A stretch of 64,000 bases of DNA from Trichinella spiralis (GCF_000181795.1 NW_003526943.1:3871228-3935227), one strand, 5' to 3'. Numbered from the stretch's first letter, positions 14,389 to 27,864 are shown. Numbers and translations are program-made. Notes: generated by a model not told the origin, from the sequence alone.

Positions 14389-14627
14389 CTTTTCGCTCGT
14401 TCAACAACTGCAACATAACATGCAAACAACAACAACAACAACAACCAAAAAAAAAACTTTTTCCAAAGAAAAAGAGCGGACTATTTTTGTCAACGCTTTT
14501 GGATTTTTTCCAAAAAAAAACAAGCGCCGTAAAGTTTTACACATTTTTATGTTTCATGGCAAGGAAAAGTGAAAAAAACATACACGCATATTGTGAGAGT
14601 GTGTGTTTGTATACTATTATCAGACTG

Positions 14628-16165
14628 TCATCTCGCCGGCGTTGAGGAAAAAGTGCGCGTCGGTTCGACGAACAGTTTGGGCGCGTGTTTGATCAAAAAA
14701 TGCAAAGCGCACAATTCTAACTGAGGCACGAAAGACGGAGGGGCGGGGTCGATTCTGTGCTGGTCAAAAGTGGCGGCGGCGCCGTTGCCGGTCATCAACG
14801 TCAACACCAGGATGCGAGCCAAATTGTCGTCGGTCATGCGGTTCTGGGCGCTGAGCTCGGCGACGCGGTGCAGGTGGCGCGCGAACAGCGCCAGCACCGC
14901 CTGGTGGGCGGCGGGCAGCGTGTCGCGCAACACTCGGCCGACCAGCTTCAGCTTGTCGGGGTCGGCTTCGAGACGGCCGCCGACCGCGCGGACCAGCTCG
15001 CGCCGGGCGGCGTACGTCACCAGGGGGATCGGCAGCAGTCGGAAGTAGAGTTTCAACAAGCCGGTCAGAGCGTGGACGTCTTCGACTTCGGCCGGGCAGA
15101 GGCGCGCCGACCACGGGTCGGCGTCGAACTGCAAGCGCAACTTTTCGATCTGCTCGTGCGACCCGGACACCCGGTACAAGCCTTCGGTGTCGAGACCGCG
15201 GCGCTCGATCTCGTCCACGCACCATTCGACAACGTGGGGCACCGGCACCCGGTGGGCCATGCTGAACGTGGTCAAGTCGACGCCGAACGTCCGCTTGACG
15301 TATTTCAAATCGGGCCGACAATCTTGGGGAGTTTTTTCGGCACAGCGCCGGTGGGCCGCGAAGCCGCACTCTTCGCACTTCAAACCCTGGCCCACCAGAC
15401 CCCAGATGTAATTGCCGCAGTAGTCGCACCAGTGGGGCGTCAGAAATGTCTGCACTTTGAACGTGTGACTTTTCACCGGACGTTGTTGGTGGTGGTCACT
15501 GTCGACCACCATGTTGTCTTCGACGACCACGACTCCAACAGGCTTACGGCAACAACAACTCGGCGACAACGCACACCCACCTGCAGTTTGTGAAAAAATG
15601 CAGTGAAAAAAACGAAACGAAACGAAACAAAACAAAACAAATAAACAAACAATACACAACCGGAGATGTGCTGCTCTTTCAATCGTTGACGCATCCGTTG
15701 GAATTGGCTGTAGGGCGAGTGTTCGTAAATGGTCTGCTCGGCCATCCGACGCACGTAGTCGGCGGCGTGTTTTTCGATGTGCATCGAGATCAGGCCGTCG
15801 GCGACGAGCTGTTCGACACTGTCGAATCGCTTTTCGCCGACGAAATGTTGACCGTCGTAGAAGAGTTTGTAATTTTTCGTCTGACCGTCGAACCGAATGC
15901 ACAACGTGTACGAATATTCGGCCCGTCGGCTCTGGCGCACCAAATAGCTCCCTTCGCCGGCGCTGGCCAACAGACGGTCCGACTCGTCGCGACCGATCAG
16001 ACCGTGGAATTCGGCGCCGAAAAACGCCGGCCTCTCTTCGACCGCCTTTTCGCAAATCACCATTGTCGGCTTGACCGCGCCCTCTTGGAGCAGCAGCAGT
16101 TGATTTTTCCAATAAGCCGACCCGAGTCGATTCGACTCGTCGACGACTTGATCGCCGCTCATCAT
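14628..16165 (-). CDS. chin-1: Chimaerin (SH2-C1-RhoGAP), 2 exons (16165-15661, 15580-14628), about 485 aa
   Basis: SH2 (EFHGLIGR..GSYLVRQS..KNYKLFYDG), C1 (HTFKVQTF..CDYC..CEEC..HRRC) and RhoGAP (EGLYRVSG; LLKLYFRLLP; NRMT..NL). One 80-nt phase-1 GT-AG intron. Confidence 0.93.
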
Positions 16166-16387
16166 CGGCCCACTTTCGACGAAAAAAAAAATTTACCAAA
16201 CCAACCCATCTCAACAATATCGTAATACTGATATGCAGGTTGCAATTTTGTTATTCCTAACACTTACAGTAGATTTTGACCTCGTTTGGAAAACAATTCG
16301 AACTGTTGGACGATTGGACGAATCGGCAGAAAAGAAAAATCAAAAACAATACTATTTCTTTTTTTTATCGAAATTAGCGATAAATAT

Positions 16388-17329
16388 TCAATTTGTCAAT
16401 TCATCACTTTCATCCGAATCATAATCGGAATAAGACGGTGGCAAGGTGCGATCGACCGTCGGCCGTTCTTGCCGAGTGAGAAATTCACTTTGCACTTTGA
16501 TCACTTCTGCCACCGTTCTGCACTGACTGTACTTTTCGAGCAGATCACCGTTGAGGTTGAAAAAGCCATGACCCCATTTGAATTTCGACATCACTGTTTT
16601 CGATTGCTCTTTGAAACCTGCGACACGACACTGATGTCGATCATCACTGTGAATATTACCGATTTAGCAACATACCAATAGACTTACCGACAATGAAAAG
16701 TGCAGCCGCGAACGCTTCTGCACACGACAACTGGCACGATTTGCCATAATTGATCGGATTGCTCGCTACTAGAAATGGTAAAAGTCTGGCATGTTTGCAT
16801 TTCAATTTACCGAACGCTGTTCCTTCAATATTATGCCAAGAACAGTCAACTGCTGCGATGCCATATTTCAATATTATTTCTCTAAAAAAAACAACTGATC
16901 ACTTTAGTGAAAAATCAAATGCAACAAAAACAACAACAACGATTTACCTATCTTGTGGTTTTAAACAACAACTGGCCGTAGGAGTGAGCGATATTCCACT
17001 CCAAAAGCTACCTAATCGGAGGCTTTTCACAAATCCCATCCTGAAACAAAATTCCTTTTAATACGAAAACTGGTTTTTTTCTACTTTTCATCTAACCTGA
17101 CTAATTTACGACCAGTGCATTTTTTCACATCACACTGATTGAAATCCCACATTGCAAGTGGAATAGCTGTACGACCACTTTCTGCATCTTCGTCACTTGA
17201 ACTATCTTCTGACGACTGACGTTCTTCAGCATTGTCTTTGCACTTTTCAAAACTCGTTCCTACTTGATAAAAACCGGATCTCAAATGTTAAACAATTCAA
17301 AAATAAAATAATAATAATGTACCTTCCAT
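16388..17329 (-). CDS. TSR3: 18S rRNA aminocarboxypropyltransferase TSR3 (multi-exon)
   Basis: [63 protein letters not shown]. The first exon is a 7-nt ATGGAAG. Confidence 0.94.
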
Positions 17330-17791
17330 TTTCAGTAATTGGAAAAATTGTTCTTACAGTATCTCCAGGACACCCACAACTCTGTATGCAAGAACAAATC
17401 ATATATTTATAATTTTTTGTGCTTGAATATTATTTTTGACACCCAGTGTGCCTAAAATCATAACATCAATATCTATCCAATTGCATTCTATAGCTATTCA
17501 ATTGCAAAAAAATAACTGCACATTCATGACTGTTTACAAGAAAATATTTTTTCATCGTGAATAAATGCAAAAAATTCAATATTTTAATTTAATTTGGACA
17601 ATTTTGACCTCATTTTTTTGCAAAAATATAAATAAAATTACAGTAATTTAAATTATTTGAACATGATTTTCCTACAAAAGTTTTTCTTTTCCTAAGTGTT
17701 TGCAGTTATTGAAAATTTGTTTTTGTCCATGCACTAGCATAATTATTGTATTAGTTTTATTTACTTTAATAAATTTATTTTACGAATCGCA

Positions 17792-20039
17792 ATGTCACAG
17801 CTTCCGGGACAAGTGTTCATGGATGTTCCACCGACAAATTATCCGGTCAACAGTGTTACTTTTTATTGTTGGCACATTGTTAATTGTATTTATTTTCGTT
17901 TTTAGGCAGGCGGATCGCCTGCTCAGATGGGCGTGAGAATGAATCTTCCACAGGGCCCGCGTTATTTTCCTCCCGGACCTGCGCCTGTGCATTTGCAAGC
18001 GAGCGGTATGATGAACAGCCCTATACGTGGGCACCTCAGTCAAGCGGTTCAGAACAGTTCTGTGCAGCGTCGCGTGCCGTCTTCACAGGTCGTAAATCTG
18101 CAGGCCAAAGTGCTACCAAAAAAGCCGAAAAGAGTTGCAGACCGAGAAATTCCTGTCGCGGTAAATTTCGTTTCACATGCTGCTTATTTTGTTGTTTGAT
18201 TGTTTTTTTTTATTCAGGCACTGGTTAAATTTGTGCCAGAAGCGAAAGCTTATGCAGATTTGTTAGCGTTTGAGCAGAAACTGGACATGGTTATAAGCCG
18301 AAAACGTGCAAATATTCAAGAAGCACTAAAACGACCGTTGAAAATAAAACGAAAATTGAGAATTTTTGTTTCGCACACGTTTATAAGTGGAAAAGCAATG
18401 GAAGTAAAATGAAAATTTTTGATTATTTAAATGAAAATATAATTAATAAAAGTGTAAAATTTGCTCGTACCTTATTATTATTGCCATTTTGTCATTTAGA
18501 ATGAGGAAGAATCATCCTGCTTTTCGCAGTGGGAATTGCGCGTTGAAGGGCGCCTTTTGGAAGATTTGATGCCCACTGGCTCTTTGGCACAAACGCCAGA
18601 AGCAAATCGACATTCGAAACGAAAGTTTTCATCATTTTTTAAAACTTTAATAATTGAATTGGACAAAGAGTTGTACGGTCCTGATAGTCATCTGGTAGAG
18701 GTAAAAATGATTTTGTATTTCGATAGTAGAGTGACTTTGTAAGTGATTTTTATTCTAGTGGCATCGAACTGCTCAGACAACTGAAACGGACGGATTTCAA
18801 GTGAAACGGCCCGGTGATCAGAACGTTAAATGTACAATTCTTTTGCTTTTAGATTATCAGGTTTGATTTATTTGAAATTAATTTCATCTTATTTGTAAAA
18901 ATGTCTTCTATAGCCGATGAAATATAAACTGGATCCACGATTGGGCCGACTTTTGGGTGTACATACTGAAACACGAATAGGTATTTTGGAAGCTCTATGG
19001 CAATACATTGTTCAGCATAAATTACAAGATCATCATGAACGAGATTTAATCAATTTTGATCGCTATTTGGAGCAGGTGAAAACTTTTCTTTTCAAGTTGA
19101 ATTTTTTGTTTGCGAAATTTTATTATTACGTTAAGCGACGTGTAAAATGCTCGTTTGATATGTGGGAACTGTCTTGCAAAGAAATTATTCAATTATCAAT
19201 TTTAGATATTTCAATGTCAAAGGTTACGATTTATGGAAATCCCTCAACGATTGAATCCTCTACTCCAACCTCCTGATCCTATAATCATACATCACATAAT
19301 TACGTAAGATTACTTTGTTTAAATGTGGAATAGTTGAACATTTCTATATAGCACTGATTGATATGCTTATATTTATTTAGTGTAGATGGTAATGAATCTC
19401 AACGCTGCAAATGTTACGACGTGGATGTAGAAATTGTACAATTTTCAAAGGCTTTTTCTCATATGCTGTTTTCTATTGTTTTCCGTTTGTTTTATAGGAC
19501 GATCCCTGTCGAGCAGTGATGATGCAGTTTTTACAATCGCAACAAAGTCAACAGGAAATTTGCGCTTTTGATGCTAAAGTGAATGAAAGTTTCTTAAACT
19601 TGGATTATATTACAGAGAATATTTTAGATTTTCGAGACGGTTGATCAAATTAAACAACTTAAACTTCAGCGTGACTTTTTTCTCCGTTTTGCCGAAGATC
19701 CACAGGGATTTCTGCAACACTGGCTTTTGTCCGAATGCAAAGATTTGAAAGTGGGCAAAAGTTTCAGATTTACGTGTTTCTTCTGGTCTTTTTATCAGTT
19801 TGTTTTTTGAGAACATGCACAACCATGTAAGCCAACCTGAAGCGGATCGCAGAAGTGAGTTTTACGATCAAATATGGATGAAAGAAGCAGTGAAACGTTT
19901 TCTGCATACTGTGGTACCCCTCTCTTGAAGATCTGTCGTTTTTAAATTAATTTAATTTTCCACTTTCTTTCAGGTTTTGCAAAAGAAACAGGAAATTGAT
20001 TCTGGCGTAGCTTCTTCCTCTTCTAATACAATGCAATGA
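17792..20039 (+). CDS. SMARCD1: SWI/SNF subunit SMARCD/BAF60 (SWIB domain), about 10 exons
   Basis: [81 protein letters not shown]. Confidence 0.95.
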
Positions 20040-20212
20040 CAAAATCCAGCAATCTTTCGCTGGTCACATAAATACGAATAATAATAATATAATGTGTATG
20101 CTCAGCTTAAAAAATTTGAATCTCACTCAGAAAGAAGTGCTTTTTTTAATATTAATTTACTATGACAAAAATAGTAACAAAATATATCCAGAACCATTCA
20201 TTCTCCTATTCT

Positions 20213-21170
20213 TCAACAACGGTTGACTGGTTGTTTACCATTGTCAAACATCCGATGCCATCGTTGCTTCAATTGGGCGCTGTACCAGCCGGTTTTGGGC
20301 ACATGTTTTTCGCATATGGCAGTTGGTTTACGAAAATCTGTCAATTCTTCATGTCGAGCGTTGTCTAAGCTCGATTCGGCGACGAATGATTTATTGTACG
20401 TTAGCAGTTGTTGTTTTATTTTTGTCATCTTTTGCCGAACATTTTCATAACAAAATCCTATAAAAACCAATTTATTAGCGATGCAAATGTATGCATCTAA
20501 AAAATACGGAAAAATACATATTGTACATTATGCATGCATTGTATATTTACATATTAATCCATATTGAATAAATACATAATAAAATTCACCTCGCGGATTT
20601 AAAACCAATGTGTACAGAAAGAATGAATGGATTGTTTAATTTTTGAACATTTTCAAGTGTTTCTCTTATTTACGATGTTACTAACAGAAAAGCTATTGAT
20701 TGAAGAAGTTTCAGTATTAAAATTGTCAATGAACAAATTAGCTTCTTTACCGCATATGGTGCTAATTTGATGCATAGCACCGCATCTTGGACACGGCATC
20801 AAATCGTTGTGCAACTTCAACAATTTGTTATGGCTGAACATGCGCGTTCTTTTACGAGCTGAAATTCTTTCTCACAACAGTATTTGAAAAAAAATGTATA
20901 AAAGTGTTGTTTTTCTTACGTCTGCAAGTTTTCGACACCGGGGTACCCCAAAGTATGCTCCAGTCGGTCACGTCGACCGTGTTCCAACGTCGGATATGGG
21001 TGTTCAAAGATTGTAGTTCGAAAAATGATGGTGTTCGAAGAACAATGCCTGCAAAAGATAAATTCCACCATTGAAGTAGAAAAAGCAAAAAAAATATTTT
21101 TACCATAATCTAAACGAAAAAAATTTGCCAGTTGATGCTGAAAAAAACGCACAAATTTTCCAATTGTCAT
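20213..21170 (-). CDS. MRPL32: Mitochondrial ribosomal protein bL32m
   Basis: Spliced zinc motif CPRCG..HQISTICG|FCYENV; WGTPVSKTCRR|KKRTR; presequence-like N-terminus. Confidence 0.8.
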
Positions 21171-21486
21171 ATTTTCATTTTCAATGTACACCTACATATA
21201 TATTAACAATGCACATCATCATTGGCCGTACAATTTATCCCACAAGTGAAATTATTCTTATTATTTGTTCTGTTATTAATAGATCAAAAATAAAAATAGC
21301 AGAAAACCGGTAACAAAAAACCGAAGCAATTTCAACATATCAATATGAAAAGAGAAAACATCATTTCAATGAAGCCAAAGTTTAATTTCATCACCAATGG
21401 AAAAAAAGATGTAAAATACTTGCCGGGAAAATTATTCATTAATTTTATGTGAATCAAAAAAAGAAAAAAAACTATTATTATTATTA

Positions 21487-24212
21487 TTAATATTCATCTT
21501 CGTCGTCTTCATCATCATCATCGGCTAATTCTTTCGCAAATTCCAGCTCTTGTTGTTCTCTTTCTCTCTTCTCCTGCAAAAAAAATAATACATACAGCTC
21601 TGTGCGCGGTTAAATTCAGCTAATCAGTCGGTTCAGTGTTTCTCATACATACATACATACCTCAGCTGTTTCTGCACTGTTGTACGATTTGGGCGGAAAA
21701 CGCATCGCCTTCATCGCCTGGTTGTACAATTCCAAGCAGAAATTAATGCGAGTGTGAAATTGGTTTTGCGGTTCAATTGTAGCGTACAAGTCGTAGACTT
21801 CCCTGGATTGTAAAAAACCTCTCTCGTGGTTCACTTCCGCATCAATCAGCCCTTCTTCTATAGCCTGTTAAATGAATAAATAAAAATAATAATAATGAAA
21901 ATACACCTCTGAAATTAAAAATGATTTAACAGATAATAATAATAATAAATATACCTTGGCCATGACATATTCCGCATCAAGTGCACTGCTCAAGCCTAGC
22001 ATGTGTTCGATGTCGCAAAAATTGATACAACTGTAAGCGAGAGCAATTCGACGGACGGCTGTTTTCACAACATTCGGACGCAAGCGAATTATCAACATCA
22101 ATGTCTGGTCTTTCGCAAACGTGCCTTTGTGCTTTTCCAACGTTTCGTCGAACATATCCAAGCCGCCAATTCGAACCGCTTTTATTCAAAAGAAAAAACA
22201 TATTTAATAATAATTATATTTTTCAAAAATAATAAATTCGCCAACCTTGTGCCAAACCCTTGTAAGGCATGAGAGCTTTTTTGAAAATTTCTTGACGAAA
22301 AATTTGACGCTGAGGCGAATCACCAAGAAGCAGTTCGACAGTGATCAAAAACTTTTGTACCTGCGATGAACAGAACAAATTTGCATAAAATCATATTAAA
22401 ACAAATCATTTAAACATACACTTCGACGAAAACCGGCCGCTGTGTGCTGTGGACATTTGCGCAATGCTAGACGAAAATGAGTTTCCGCCAAAGAATAATC
22501 TCCTTCGATCGCTTTCACTCTACCTGAAAACAAGCAAAACAACGAAATAAACCAACAACGAAGAAGCACACAAACACTTGGAATTACCCAAGTAATAAAA
22601 ATATCTGGCCATTTCACTGGTACGAGCATCTTCAGGAAACGCTGTTTTGCTGTGAAGCTTTTCGGCCATGTCGTACATGTTTTGCAAAATATAAGCGCGA
22701 AGTAAGCAGTTGGTCAGAACTGCTTGAGATTCGACTTCGTGGTGCAAAGTTGCCGACTGGAGCCGTTTCATCAAAGGTCTACAATGAGTGAAAGAATGCT
22801 AATCTTATTTGATGGAATATTCTTGTTTTTTTTTACCCAATCAAATTAGGCAAGTTCCCTTTGCGTTCATTAATTAAACAATAATAATAATAAGCTTTGG
22901 CAGCAAATGGATCCAACGAACGACGACTATGCTGTTGAACAAGCCGAACAAGATTCATACTGCACGTGAAAGCCTTAAATACGCTACTTTATACATTCCG
23001 TGACAAATTGCATCTTTTTCTGTACAATTTCAGAAATTTCACCACAAAGTTACATACCATATCAACTTATACTTCAACATAACAAGAGAAAAATAAATAA
23101 AACATGCTAAAAAGCAGTTTTTAAAATACCTCTTCGTGTTTATTTTCTTTCATCAAAAATACAAGAACCAACAAGTAGATGTATGCTTCGACCTGTGGCA
23201 AACTGCCAATTGATGACGGCATCATTCCAAATGTCTTTTTCACTTTTAACGGTGACGCAATACCTCCAACTTCTGTCTAAAAAAATACGAGCCTATATAT
23301 TATTATCAATGCTTTTTTCTCTCTTCACATCATACAGCCTGCGGTTCGGATTCCACTTGAAGCAATCGTAACAAATCAATTCGAGTTTTTGCAGAACTCG
23401 GTGCAGTGAACACTTGATTAACAAGTCTTATCAGCACAGAAGCGCTCAATAATTTTTTCGTAGATCCCAACGCCCGCAACACGCGACCAACACTACGCGG
23501 CTCCTTCGACTGTTCACAGCGTTCTATGAAACGGCAATGCTCCTTCAAATCTAAATCAGTAAATAATAATAATAAGAAGAAAAAGAAGAATTATTATCGA
23601 ATTATATACAAAAAACATACAAATTATGAATAAGAAACTAATTTAAATAGTTATAAATTAACTGCATGAGCTGTAAAAGTAAACAATAATACCTGACATT
23701 TACAGTAAAGTAACACTGTAAATACTTTTGAAGAAATTAGTTTATTTCAGCATATATATTTTTTTCTTTATTTATATTTATTTAAACATTCATAAATCAA
23801 TAAATCAATCATTTATGAAAATTTTAACTAGTCAAATCTCAAAACACATTAAAAACACCATGCAAAAACAACTCTGTCGAACATATAACAACTTTCAAAA
23901 ATAGATGTACACGTCATACAAATAAAGTTATAATAAGAAATACATAAAACATACTTATACTTGAAAAGAATTACATATGCCATGTCATTACAACCAATAA
24001 AGAATATAAAATTAAGCGTAACATTATTCAAAAATGTAGTTTCATTTTATTATAATAAACATTTTTCTAGCCAAATATAAAATTAAAAATAAAAACAGAT
24101 ACGATCAGGTACCTTCCAAAGTTATTAAATCAGGGTCACTGGGTGGAACGGCTTCTTTTTGATCTTCTGAGTTGTCTTCAATTTCCATTGCCTCTTCTGT
24201 TTCAGCATGCAT
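21487..24212 (-). CDS. rpn-3: 26S proteasome lid subunit RPN3/PSMD3 (multi-exon)
   Basis: NCLLRAY; ARYFYYLG; ALRKCPQHTAAGFR; LIIRLRPNVVKTAVRRI; EPQNQFHTRINFCLELYNQAMKAMRFP; EREREQQELEFAKEL. Confidence 0.95.
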
Positions 24213-25995
24213 TATTCCAGACGAATGAAAATGTTAATTTGCAGAATCTGAAATTTTTGCAACATAATTCATAAGAGTACTTTTGAGAAAAGACTTTCGC
24301 ATTATAAATCAAATTATGTATGAAAAAAGTCAAAAGCAAAAATAAAACGTAACACAATGAAGTGAAGTCGTAGCAATTTCTTTCACTACACCAGTATGCC
24401 ATTTACCAATTAAAAATACTCACTGTTGGTTAAATTATAAAAATTTCCTTTAATTCATAACTACTTTTCACTATTCGATATTTAAAAAGTAATCAACTTG
24501 CCTGAAATATTTAACTGCCAAATTGCTGCTACATACGGTAAAATTAAGAAAAAAGCAAGTAACATTCATTTGTTCATCTCAAATGATTTTGAAATATGCT
24601 CCATAAATTCATTTTTACAATTATTTGAAACATATATAATGCATTTTTAAAGAAAACACTGAAATTTTCACTAATTTTATATTCATATAAATATTTCGTA
24701 ATTTGTGTTCTGCATGAAAATCAGTTTTAATAAAACTGTTAGAACTCAATTCTTAATTTCTCAATTAAGCAAAAAATTGTTTTGTTTTAAGCAATTTTAT
24801 TTTTTGAATTGATATGGTTTTATTTTTTTTATTACTTGATTTATCAACTTCGTCTTGCAAAACAGATATAATTAATCTTTGTTCTGCTTTGCCTTATAAC
24901 AAATTTCATATAATCAGAATGATTTTGCACTTTTAACAGTTTATTTAATTTATTGTATCAACCATTTACGAATGCGCTAACCTGAATGTACTTATACTTT
25001 TCAGTGTAAAAAACAAAGTATGATCTGCATGTAATTAGTAATTCAACAGTTTATTCTTTTTTTACTCTACACAAATAGAATGTGGCTGCTTACCATAATG
25101 AAGTAAATTCTTAATAGTATATCAAAAATCAAGTAATGAAATAATGAACTTCAAAACAGCTTGTGATATTACTTAATTTGTCATATATGACATCTGCTTA
25201 ATTTTGAGTTAATAATTTTTAAGTACAAAATAATCTTCACATATTTATAACCCTTCAATAATTCAATCCATAAATATTTCAAATTAATGTATTATTTACT
25301 ATTATTTAATTTAAAAATCATGTATAAAACCGGATATAATGTAATGCAAAAAAAACTTTATTTTTTTCAAATTAAATTTTCATATGAGCATGAAAAGATC
25401 TTTTCAATCAATTTAGTACCCCTCAATAACAAATTTTCATCGGGTTTTCTTACTGGTCTTTGAAAGCGTTATCTTATTATCGTTTGTGTTGTTGTCCTAT
25501 TGGTTTTTGTTGTCCAATTGTTGATTCATTCAAAGTTTCTATTGTGATTTGTCGCAGCATGCTTCGCTTCATTGGTTAAAATATTTCCATTTCCAACTTT
25601 TGTAATTTCAGTGGTAGAATTTTTAATTTTTTCAAATTTCATTACATTAATTTTCATCACAATTTATGAAGTTTTACCATTCATAGAAATATTATTTTTG
25701 TAATATATTGTTGTGAACTTTATACTTTTTAACGATCAGTGCTTTCAAAAACAATTTTTTCACTGTTCTATATTTTACTGTATTACAATGAAGTTACATG
25801 AAATATGACAGTAATACCTCTTCAAAAGCAACACAAAAAATAGTAAGTAAAACAATGATTTTTATTTTTTTTATTCAACAGCAATAACAATTAAAAAGAC
25901 ATATCAGTGAACAATATCAGTAAAGTGATAAAGAGGATAAATGAAAAAAAGAAACAACACAAATGTAACACAAAATTATCACTTAGAAGGCCGCA

Positions 25996-26480
25996 TTAAA
26001 TTGGTTTGGGCGTTTTTACGACACATTTTGCCCGGTTTAGGTACATTGCGGACTTTACACGTTTAAAAATGGGGAACTGGCCTGAGGTAGCTGAATCAGC
26101 GGATGCGGCTGAAGCTTCTTGATCATAGATGGTGGAGATGGGCGTTGTTTCTTCAGCGCTTCGTTTTTTCAAAATCGCTTTCTTTTCCATTTTGTATGCT
26201 AGATGCTCATCCACTGGGCAGTTTTCCATGTGATCTTTCTGACTGATAACGGCCGTCACTTCCAAATTTGTCCACATTGCACCTTTGCAGCCTTGTTTGT
26301 CCTATAAACTAATCGTTAATAACAAGGAACAGATGCTGCACATTCAGCACATGCCTTCGAACATCCCCAATATTTCTTCTGTTTACCGGTATGTTTCAAT
26401 TTGTACGCCCTGCCTTCATAAACAAGGGACAAACCACCGTAGCGATTTTTCACGAGACGCAATTCAGAAACATCCGCCAT
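25996..26480 (-). mobile_element. Truncated FLYWCH-domain Mutator-like (MULE) transposase 5' fragment
   Basis: MADVSELRLVKNRYGGLSLVYEGRAYKLKH..YWGCSK|DKQGCKGAMW..DH, a FLYWCH zinc finger. It stops before any DDE core. Confidence 0.75.
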
Positions 26481-26764
26481 TCAAGGGACTATCAACAAAA
26501 CAGATAATGGAAATCTTCGTCTACCACATTTTCAATTTGAACGCCACTTTTGTTTAAGTGCTAATAAACGATTATGCAAAAAATATGTTCCCAGATCCAT
26601 CGATGGTGAAGTTTCCCAGCTATGAGCTGCGCAGTTTGTCAGGCTCTTCAAGAGACAAAATATAGTGGGTCGAACACGTCAGGTAAAAATAGTCAGTTGT
26701 CGTCTCGTGTGTAAAAAGTGATTTTGGGTCAAGGGCTCAGAATCTTCTGGTTCCGTACTCATAA

Positions 26765-27270
26765 ATGATCCACGCATGCACTTGATGGCGTCAAAAAGCA
26801 TAGAAAGTGACATTTTTTGGAATCTACATTTTTCGATGAAAACAATTTAATTTATGATATTTTATTCAGGTCTGAAGTATGTTGGATGACAAGTAGAATA
26901 GAAATCTCATCCTACGAAATTGCGAAAGTGCCTGTGGATTTTGACTCAACAGCGCATCTTTAACCTTCATCATATGGCTGCCCTATGGAGCTGACTGCTC
27001 ACTGACTTATGTTCATGTAAGGATCCATGTATTCACTTGATGACGTCAAAAAGCATTCAGGATAGCTTTCTTCAGAATCTTCATTTGTCGATAAAAACAT
27101 AATACAATATAGGTTACTGGACTTCGAAGTACGTTGGATTACGGATATAATGAAATCCTCGTCCTCTGAAATTGAGCACGTGTCCGTGGATTTTGACTCT
27201 GAGCGCATCTTTAACCGTCATCGCATGGCTGCCTTATGGGGCTGACTGCCCACTGGCCTTTGTTCATGTA
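26765..27270. repeat. Diverged tandem duplication, two units of about 250 bp
   Basis: GTGGATTTTGACTC..AGCGCATCTTTAACC..ATGGCTGCC.TATGG.GCTGACTGC.CACTG..TGTTCATGTA occurs at about 26934-27019 and about 27186-27270. Confidence 0.85.
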
Positions 27271-27864
27271 GAGAAACGGTGAGTTAGAGGCAGATTATTT
27301 AGGTTTTCTAACATAGATTCTTTTCACCAAGTCGTCAGCGAGATTCTCTGAACACAAGACGAACTGCTATTGCTCATTAGATGACACTTCAAGAATTTCT
27401 AAAATTCGACAATGACTATGCAAGATTGCCATGACTTTAAATCAGAATGCTGTCAACAGAATGAATCCATCAAGGGACAAAAGCCCTCCAGCCGGCCCAA
27501 TTGAGACTAAGGTGACTAAGGTGTGTCTACTAAGGTTTAGGGTGATCTCAAAGAAAAACGGAATAAAACGCTAAGGAGACATATAGATAAGGTTTCCGAT
27601 AGAAGCAATTTATTTCGAAAATTTTTAACAAGAATGACAAAACAAGCACTCAACAGCGACACCCACACTTTTCTATGCCCACATCCAAAGAAGAAACTAT
27701 AAAACCGTACTGTTACCGTAATGTGCAGTTAGGTTTAAATTAACAAAATCTTTAACGCAAATAGTATGAATGACAGTTTTTGCTTATGTAACGTATCAGT
27801 TTTCAGAAACATCATAAGGCAATTTTTACTACAAATATGCATTAATAAATGTAAATAATAATAG

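Noticed and set aside
14628..16217. 529-aa ORF as a single protein
   Set aside because: It reads through the chimaerin intron, and its N-terminal half is an off-frame shadow of exon 1.
14757..16225. Long antisense and alternative-frame ORFs (278, 221, 211 aa)
   Set aside because: Expected shadows of GC-rich coding sequence, with no recognisable motifs.
21575..21660. Possible C/D snoRNA in the last RPN3 intron (several CTGA)
   Set aside because: No proper RUGAUGA box, too short, and no recognisable guide.
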